A DNA stretch of 19,737 nt. Origin: Pyrobaculum sp. Lineage in GTDB: Archaea > Thermoproteota > Thermoprotei > Thermoproteales > Thermoproteaceae. Every line of letters starts with the position of its first letter. Within the stretch, counting starts at the first letter, position 1. The position numbers were made by a program, and so were the translations under genes. The stretch spans positions 1 through 19,737 of the forward strand of contig JBKBOT010000030.1 of NCBI GenBank assembly GCA_046293555.1, given 5' to 3'. Positions 8,263-17,500 of the stretch are shown here, in pieces. The notes under the pieces are model-generated. The model was not told the origin of the DNA and searched no databases. It saw nothing but the letters and a program-made list of their open reading frames with translations.

Positions 8263-8540
8263 AATGACGTATAAATAATCAACTATCTTTTTTCCCGTGA
8301 GAGGCAAGCTGTCTCCCTCCTACCTCAAGTGTATTGAATATTACGACCCTAAGTACTGCGAGAGGTACCTCATTGATTCGATCGACAGTTCAACAACATC
8401 TCAAACCGATGGCTCCGGCGGGAGGGGTGGGGGTGGGTCTGGGGGCGGTAGTGATAAAAACAATACGGCCAACAACCCGACTTTAGGCGGGCCTTCTGCA
8501 GACGCCCTTGCTGAGCAAGAGTGGTGGAGGAAACAAAGCG
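8041..8540 (+). repeat. 82-nt direct repeat pair, 8041-8122 and 8459-8540 (NNPxxGGPSADAxAEQExWRxQS)
   Basis: Ungapped manual alignment gives 69/82 identical nt. One copy is near the end of the 651-aa gene and the other near the start of the giant gene. Confidence 0.85.
8261..8277 (+). promoter_or_regulatory. BRE/TATA-like promoter motif AGAATGACGTATAAATA for the giant gene
   Basis: Starts 36 nt before GTG 8297 and matches the 6271-6287 motif. It is followed by T6 (8288-8293), a likely terminator of the upstream gene. Confidence 0.6.
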
Positions 8541-11500
8541 GTGGCAATAATGCCATAAACGCCGGCTCTAGGGACAACAATACGCAAACGGGCGACAACA
8601 CCCGCCTGAGGCCTCCGGACTATGTAGTTGGGACGCTCGATGGCGGCTCCGGCGGTGGTGGAGGTGGGTCTGACGGCAAACGTAATATCAAGTACGACAT
8701 ATGTGTCAACGAGGGTAGGGACCCCACCGTCTGTGAGTGTAGGGCCGCAGGCGGGGATGTCTTTGCATGTCTTAGGAACAAGGGCATGGAGCCTAGGAGC
8801 TATGAGGAGTGTCTCACATTGGGCTTCGCCCCACATGAGTGTGAGAGGTATCCAAAGACAACTACGCCGACGGTTGCGCCTGGTGGGCCTACGTCCCCAA
8901 CTACCCCCACAACGCCAAGTACACTGCAGGTTGTGTCTGGCGGGCCGGTTGACGAGTGTGTCAAAAGGGGCGGCAGCCGTGATTTCTGCCGGTGTTGGGT
9001 CGAGGGGAGCGACCCGACGTTTTGTATCAAGACCTACGGCGGAGTGAGGACGTATGACGAGTGTGTAATCCTTGTGACAAAACACGGCGGTAGTGTATAC
9101 TACTGTGACGAGTTTAAAACACATGCCCCCACAACACCAACTGCCCCCACGGCGCCTACGTCTTCCTTGTTGCCGGATAAGTATAACGAATGTGTCAAGA
9201 GGGGTAACAACCCCAATGCTTGTGAGTGTCTGACGGCCGGCGACCCAGTCGGCTGTCTTATTGCTAGGGGGTTGGAGCTCGGCTACGACGGCTGTGTCAA
9301 GCTCGGGCTTTCGTCGCAACAGTGTGAGAGGTATAAGGAGCAGTCTGACCCCAGGTATAAGGAGTGTGTGGGCAGGGGGGGAGACCCCAAGGTTTGCCAG
9401 TGTTTAACGCAAAACGATCCCATCGGCTGTCTTAGGGCCATCGGCAGGGAGCCTAAGGACTACGACGAATGTAGGCGGCTCAACCTGCCTGATAACATAT
9501 GTAGGCAGTACGACCCAAAGCATCAGAAGTATGACAGCTGTATAGCTAGGGGGAGGCCTCAGCAGGTGTGTCAATGTCTGGCGTATAGCGACGACCCGTT
9601 GGGCTGTCTGAGGGGAACTCCATATGAGCCGAGGGATTACAACAGTTGTATAGAGCTTGAGCTCCCGCAACAGCAATGTGAGAGGTACAAGTCGTTGACT
9701 AAGTTTGAGGAGTGTGTCAAAAGTGGCAAAAGCCCTGTTGTTTGTTCATGTATGGACGCCGCCGACTTCTTGGGCTGTCTGAGGGGGAAGGGGGCAGAGC
9801 CTAAGGACTTCAACGAGTGTAAAAAGCTGGGTCTTTCTGACGATGTCTGTATACGGTACGACGCCAGGTACAAGGACTGCGTCAACAACGGCAACGACCC
9901 GGCTGTGTGTAGATGTCTGACGCAGAGCGACCCCATCAAGTGTCTGAAAGACATCGGCATGGAGCCGAAGACCTTCAACGACTGTAAGAAGCTTAACCTA
10001 CCCGACGACGTGTGTAAACAATATCCCCTCACAGCCGCCGCGCCGCAGGCCGCAGAGGAGGTCTTGAATTACATAAAGCAAGGCGTTTTGGTGGGCAACA
10101 CCCTCAAGCTCCCAGACGGCAAGACCATCACTTTTGAAAACAACGTGGCTGTCTACGGCAACTTCGTGTTGTTTCTAGACCAGGGCAGAAACGTCCACGT
10201 CTTCGACATCAGCAAGCTCACAAACGCGGAGAGGGGCTACTTCATAAACGAGCTGAAGAAGGGGAGGTTGCCGAGTGAGGTGTACGAAGAGGTGTACTAC
10301 AACCGCGCGTCCAACGATGTGAACAAAAAGCTGTTTGGGGGGAGCGCCAAGTTCACAAAGAGGGAGAAGAACAAGCTCTACTTTGAGCACAACGGCATAA
10401 CGTGGGTGGTCGAGATCGGCGAGGGCGGCAGTTTCACATGGAGCCCGTTGCTGGAGGGCGATTTGAAGAATTACGCCGCGCCGCTCACCAACGCCGACCC
10501 CAGCAGGGTTGTTCTGAAGGGTGGCAAGCTGTACTACAGAGACGACGACGGCAAGTTGTACGAAATCGGCAAGGACGTCAACTTCACTATTGCAAACGGC
10601 AGGTGGGTGCTGGTGGGGCTGATCACGTTTGGCAAGACGAAGATAGACAGGTCTACATACGAGCTGTTGACCTCTGGCGAGTACATCTCCGGCGGCTCCA
10701 ACATCTACATCGGGGGAAGGCCTCTTTCTGACAGAGACTTTGATATAAACAACGTGGTGCGCATAGAGAGGGCGGAGATAGATACGCCAAACGGCAGGGT
10801 GACTGCCATCGTCATGTATGACGACAAGGGCAGGAGGCGCATCTACGTCCCCAAGTCCACAGTCTTGGAGATGAGGACAAACGACGGGCGGACCATAAAC
10901 GTCAAGCTTATGGACAATCAGTTCCTGCCCGTGGAGGGGACTGTCATAACGGAGAAGTTCAAAATTGACGACAAGACGGAGATAGCTGTGCAGCTCAAGG
11001 TCGTGTATAAAGACGGCAAGATGGAGTTAGTGCCGGTGCAGGACTATGTGGTCAACAGGGAGGTGGACGTCGGAGGTCAAAAGGTGGTGGTGCCGCACAA
11101 GGTCGTGTATAAAGACGGCAGCTTGAAGCTCGTGCCCGTGTTGGATATAGGCACCGTGGTCACACAGAAGGTGAACATCGGCGGCCACGAGGTGGAGGTG
11201 CCCCTTAGGGCTGTGGTGAGAGGCGATACGTTGACGTGGGAGCCTGCGTCTGGGGCGGTAAAGGTGAGGATGGACGCGTGGATACCAGGCGTGGGGAAGG
11301 TGAACGAGGTGGAGTTCGAGCTTGTCCACAAAGATGGCACATATGACCTAAAGCCCAGGGGGAATGTATACGACGTTAACGCTTTGAGAAAGACGTTAGG
11401 CGACTTCTTAACACAACGACTGGGGGGCGAGATAGAGTCTATAGAGTTTACAAAAGACGGCGTTGAGTTTGTGTTGAGGGGCACTAAGGAGGGCAGGATG

Positions 11501-14500
11501 AGGGTTTTGGCGGCGCCGAACCAACAGGGGGGCTTCACCTTCTCGAAGCTTTGGAGCGAGCAGGACGACTATCTGAGGTATGAATATAGGAAGGCTGCCG
11601 CCATGACGGAGGCGCAGCAGCTTTTCTCGACGCCGGAGACGTGGCAGCAGCTGTTGGCGCAGTTCCCACAGCGGACGTGGGATTGGCTTCAAAACCTCGC
11701 AAAGTCGTTTGCCTCCACCGCCGAGATGGCCCAGAAGGACCTCTCCACCGGCTTGAACATGTTGCTTTCTGGAGATGTGAGGGGCGGCATCTCCAAGATC
11801 GCCACCGCCTTTGCGACCGCCAGTCCGATCAACCCGATATCGATGTTGACCTACAACCCGGCTGTATTTCTATCGCTGAACGAAGAGGATAGGAAGAAGC
11901 TTATCGCCACCCAGATAGGGTTTCTCGAGGGGGTAGGGATTCCGGACATAGCCGGCACTGTGTATAACGCCTTGGTGAACATAAGCGGTATGGTGGACAA
12001 GAGTTGGGCCGAGGCGATCAAGTCCAACCTGGGGCGGATTGGGGAGAGCTACAAAAAGCTGAAGGAGGAGTTGGAGAATGACGAGAAGCTTAGAGACATC
12101 ATGAACACGGCCAGGCTGCAGGGGTTTGTCCTCTCCACAATACTGCCTGGGGCTTGGAGCGTGAAGGTGCTACAAGCTGTGCCGCTTGCAATGCGGCTAG
12201 GCGCATACGCCGCCGGCGCCGGGCTTGGGACGTTTGGCTATCTGGCAAGCGGTGGGGATGTGGAAACCGCCATCGCTATGGGCACCATGCCGATCCCTGG
12301 CGCAATTGGCCTCCTCAAGGCGCCTAAGGCCGCACTTGCCGGCGCAACTGCGTTTGGCGCCCTTGGCGCTGCGGGCAGCACAACGCCACAAGAGATGGCG
12401 GTAAACATACCGACGTTTGCGCTGATGGGCGCGTTTATGGCCGGGGAGGCTAAAGGCTTGCCCAGATATCTCGCCAGCCTCGGCAAGGAGGTTGGCAGCG
12501 CATTGAAAGACCTAGGCGGCAGGCTGCAGACCGTCCACATGGCCTACATGCCCGAGTGGGATGTGGACCCCAAGCTCAAAAAGGCGTTGGATGACTATGT
12601 AGCTAAGCTCAAGGAGGCTGCCGCCAGCGGCGGACCGCCTCCGCCGATGCCGGCAGAGATAGCGCCCCACCTGCCGCAGTATCTGCGGTCGCTGGGGATA
12701 GACGTAAAGGAGGTGAGACTGCCCACAGACGTCGGCTTGCCGAAGGTGGATCTCAGTTTACAGCAAACGCCTGAGGCTGTAGTTAATTTAGCCCGAGCGT
12801 ATGCGTTGCCGGATAAGACAACGGATGTCAGTTTAGCTAAACATCACAACGTCTTACCGACCTTGGAGAGGATGGCCAAAGAGGTGGACGACCTCTTGTC
12901 TACGCATAATGATTTGGCACAACTGAGGGGGCTGAACGAGGTTAAAGATGTCATCAAGCTCGATCCAACTCAATTCGACGACTGGCTTAGAGGTGCAACA
13001 GATAGATTTACGCCGGAGCAGCTAAACGCCATACAGAAGGCCTACGACCTATACGCCCAAGGCTTGTTGAAAGACTGGCATCTTGACGTAATTACGGAGG
13101 GGATAGACCTCAAGAGGCTTGCGTTTAGGATCGGGGAGGCCGTGGAGCTCGACGTGAGGAGGGCCTTGGGGAGGGCGCTGGGGGGCGAGGGCATTTGGAG
13201 GTTCGCAGAGGCGTGGAGGGGGGGCGAGATCTTGCCGGAAGTAAGAGCGCTAATAGACGAGTTGGCGGCGAAATACGGCAGGGATCGCGTTTACGCCATA
13301 ATAAGCGAGATGGTGGCAAACCTGCCGCCGTTCCGCGTCGAGAGGTTCGAAGAGCCGTTGTTCCGTATTGAGGAATATCCGCCGAGAGGTGAAACACAGA
13401 GGCGGCCCAGCGTGGCGATGCCCTCGTGGAGGCTTGCCCACATCTTGAGGCTGGCCAAGGAGCTGTTGGACGACGTCAATAGGGTTAATTTGGAGGAGCT
13501 GCGCAACGTCTTGCCGGACTTGGAGAAGTTGGTTAAAGAGGTTGGGGAGCTGTTGTCCAGACATCCGGAGTTGGCGCAGTTGGTGGACGTACGGGAGGTT
13601 TTCGACGTGGTCAAGCTGGACCCCGCTAGGTTCGACGGCTGGCTCAGAAACGCTGTAGATAGATTTGCGCCGGAGCGACTCAAAGCGATAGAGAGAGCGT
13701 ACGAGCTATATGCCTCCGGACGGCTTGAGGAGTGGCACCTGGCTGTGTTGGTAGACGGGGTCGACCTACGCACCGCCTTGGAGAGAGCCAGACAGATCAC
13801 GCAGATCACAAAGGAGGCACAAAAGCCGACGGAGGCACAACAGATACAAAAGCCGACGGAGGCGCCGCGTGTAGAAGGGATGCAGCTCAAGGAGGATTTG
13901 GCTAAACTTAGCGTAGATGAGATGAAGAAATTAATCAGAGAGGTCGAGACGGCTGTAGTCTTGGAGCAATACCCGCAGTTGGCAAAACTACAAGGCATAC
14001 GTGAAGCTTTAGACGTAATTAAAATGAGACAAAACTTGTTTAAAGGGTGGCGTTTTTCAGCAATGACTAAATACGGCAAAGAGGTAGTAGAGGCGGTCGA
14101 GTTGGCGCGTGAGTTGTATAGAGGCAGGAAGCTAAAAGAGACAGTGTTGAAAAACATCGTCGAGGGCGTTAAACCTAGCGATATGGCGTTAACGTTAGCT
14201 AAAAGCCCGGAGTTACTTGAAGAGGCTATTACCCGCCTCGTAAGAAGGGAGTTAGAGGGATATGTGAAAGACATGCGGGAGTTCGCGGAGATGTGGAAGA
14301 GGGGCCAGCTGCCGGACGAGATAAAGTCCGTCGTGGACAACTTGTCCGTGAGTTTGGGCAGGGACCGCATAAATGCTGCAGTGGAGAGAATCGTAAGAGA
14401 TGTAGAACAACAAAAGGTAGAAGAAAGACCACACGTGACGGAAAAAACGGGAGAGGTACAAAAACAGCCGCATGAAGCTAGTGGGGTAGAGGAGAGGCCG

Positions 14501-17500
14501 CCACAACCGGGAGAAAAGGTTGGCGAGCAACCGCCACAACAGCCGCCACAAGAGGTGCCGCGTGTCAACGTGTCTGAGGGAAAGGCGCCGGAAGAGGGTC
14601 AAGTGAGGGCGCCGGAAGAAAATATTGACAAACAGCCGCCGCGTGTCGAGCTGGAGTGGGTGGACAGAGAGATTAAGAGCGTGGAGGATTTCGAGAAGCT
14701 AGTCGACGATGTAAAGATAGCCAGAGAGGTCATGGAGGCTTTGGATAAACATCCAGAGTTGGCCAAGCTCAGAGGTGATAAAAGGATCCTCGAGGTGATT
14801 AATGATAAGGAAAGAATTAATACGGTATTCGGAAATGATCCAGAAAAACACGCAATCGCTACGAAGGCCTACGAGTTAGTTAGTGTAGGGAGGTTGAGCG
14901 AGGGGGCGCTGAAGGCTATTGTAGAGGGCCTTGAGTCGAGTGAGAGAGTGCGCGAGTTGGCTAGAGACCAGAAGCTGTTTGGTGAGGTTGTGAACCGTTT
15001 CGCCACGAGGGTCTCCAGCGGGGAGGTAGGCGATGTGGATAGCTTTATCTCAGTGCTCGCGAGGTATGATTTGGATATCCCACATGGCGTCAGAGAAATA
15101 GTCAAACGACATATAGTGGACATATTGTGGGAAAAGATCAAAAATGTTGAAAAATTGGATAAACTGGCGGAAATAATAGCGAAATTAGACATAAGACGTA
15201 TATTTCATAGAGACCCAAAGCTGTTCGGAGAGGTGGTTGCAGACACTGTGAGGAGGGGGTTAGAACAACACGTGTTTAAGCCGAGCGATGCGCTTGTCCT
15301 CATAGATAAATTGGAAAAATATTATTTTGGATCTACAATAAACGAGGCTATAATGGGTATAAATAAAACAGTTGTAGAGGTACTGTCCAAAGAAATTGGT
15401 AATTTGGACAATCTGTCAGAACTTGCCTACGGGATTGCTGTGAAGATTATATCTAAACATATTACTCTTAATTATATTACTAAAGTTCCCGATGTAGGTG
15501 TTGTTAGTTTACCAGATCATCTATTTATTAGAAAGATTCGTGAATATTCTGACGAAATACGGGAAATTCTCAGGGACATTCGGAGCCGTGTTAAATCTGG
15601 CGAGTTAGATGTAGACATACTGCGCGTCATCGCCAGCGGTTTTAAGCCTGGCGACTTGGCAGAGGCGTTGGCTGGAAAACTCGACGTGTTTGACAGCATT
15701 GCGGCTAATGTCGCAAATGTGGAGATTGGGCGGCGTGGGTGGGATGCCGTGGTGCATCTCGCCAGGATTTTGAGGTGGTTTGACAACAGGGATTTGCCGC
15801 TGCCGCAGCTGAAGGATTTGGTCGGCCGGCATGTCTTTGACGAGTTGGGTAAGGAGTTTAACATGTCTAATCTAGAGGCGTTTAGTGGCCTGATCCCCAA
15901 GTTCCGGGAGGAGGTGAGAGTTGCAAGAATTCTGTCGGACGTGCCGGAGTTTGCCGGCTTGAGGGGCGTTGACCCCCAGTGGATCAAGCTGATTGGCAAG
16001 GTGGATGTCTATAAGGAGCAAGTGAATAAAGCGGTACAAGACGGGAAGTTGAAGTCGGAGGTTGGGGAGTTGTTGAAAAAGGCCGAGGATCTGGTTAAAA
16101 ATGGGATGGTCGATGTGAGAGATCTCCTGGCCGTGGCCAGTGGGGTCGAGCCGGGGAAGTTAGCCAGACTCTTTGTGGTAAACCCACGGCTGTTTGTCGA
16201 CGTGTTTAAAGCCCACCTGTTGAGGGAGCTCATCGATGTGGTTCCACGTAAACGCGATGACTTTCTGAAGTTTGTGGAGATCTGGGAGGAGTTCAAACGC
16301 GGGGCGCAGTATGTCCCAAGGACGTCGGATCTGTTGGGGCGGATTAAGGGGATTGACGACAAACAGCTGAAGGCGTTCAGCAAGATCGCCGCAGCTGCCA
16401 ACATGTTGACTGAGGCCATGAGGGGCCTTGGGGATAACGCATTCAAGGGCCTCGAGGCGATACGGGACGCCGTGGACGTGTTGGCGCGTGAATACATGTC
16501 CCAGCTCTATCCGGGCGGGCCCGATGTTGTAACGCCGCCAAAGTTCGAGGACATGTTGGCCAAGTTGTGGGCCAGGGAGGTGACCCCACATGTACAAGAG
16601 CCGCCGGCGCCGAGGGAGCTACCGCCCACAGCTGTGAGACCGGGGGGACCGTTGCCCACAGCTGCGAGGCGCGGTGCTGGGGAGGGGGGCGAGGGTATAG
16701 ATATGAGTTATGGAGACCGGATGGCCAAGATGGATACGAAGGTCAAGACGGAGACGGTGGGAGAGACACAAAAGGAGGTGGGGGACAAGGGGGAGGGGGA
16801 CATACGGCTTATCGCGCCGGAGCCGATTAGAAAAGAGAGGTTGATAACCGAGGAGGGGCTTAAGCTGTTGAAAGAAGGGGGGCAACCGCCACATGAAGGG
16901 GCGCCAGGACAACAAACAGCTTCGCAACAACCTCTAACTACGCCCCAACAACTGCCTTCACAACAACCTCCGACTGCGCCGCCGGAGGGCAAACCGCCTG
17001 AGGGGGCGCCAGCTGGCGCCAGCGGGGCGCCGCAAGCCGGTCCTGGCGGCGATTGGAGGCCGTTTGTGGAAAACGTGTTGCGTAGCGTCGATGTGGGGGA
17101 GGCGCTTTCTGGAGAGTTCGCCAAGCTGCGTATGGACCTGCTCTACAACTTCGACCAATACGTTTCAGGCTTTGTGAATAGGGACATTAGGGTTATACCC
17201 CGTCTCCCAGACCCGACTAAGTTTAAACGCGTGTCCGCCTTGATTAGAGATGCGGCGAACACAGGCCGTAAGGTCACGTTTGAGGAGATACTCGACGCGT
17301 GGAAGAAAGACGTAATGGAGATGTATCCTGGCAAGTATAACGAATACGACCTCGAGCTCAACAGAAGGCTGTATGAAGTAAGGAAGAGGATCGAGGCCGG
17401 CGAGGCTTTGGCCGATGCAGACGTGGTGGAGTTGAGCAAGCTGTTTGAACGTATGGACGCAGGGGTGGGCGAGGTTGCGGCTAGGGTGAGGAGGCTGTAC

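Noticed and set aside
8250-8300. The 651-aa and 3775-aa ORFs as one gene broken by a sequencing frameshift or programmed slippage
   Set aside because: All three + frames contain stops in 8260-8278. The gap also has its own promoter motif and a T6 run, so a single indel cannot join them.
8690-10027. Cys repeats as multiheme cytochrome (CxxCH), ferredoxin or zinc-finger motifs
   Set aside because: No CxxCH or CxxCxxC spacing is present; the spacing is Cx9C/CxC/Cx8C.
13819-13863. Short exact duplications (acaaaagccgacggaggc x2; also QPTQPQ x2 near 17845) as CRISPR repeats or att sites
   Set aside because: These are in-frame linker duplications with only two copies and no spacers. No integrase or tRNA target is in the window.
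13291-14568. 425-aa minus-strand ORF and the many other short ORFs nested in 8297-19624
   Set aside because: These are Ser/Leu-rich antisense or off-frame products typical of codon bias in a long GC-rich gene.
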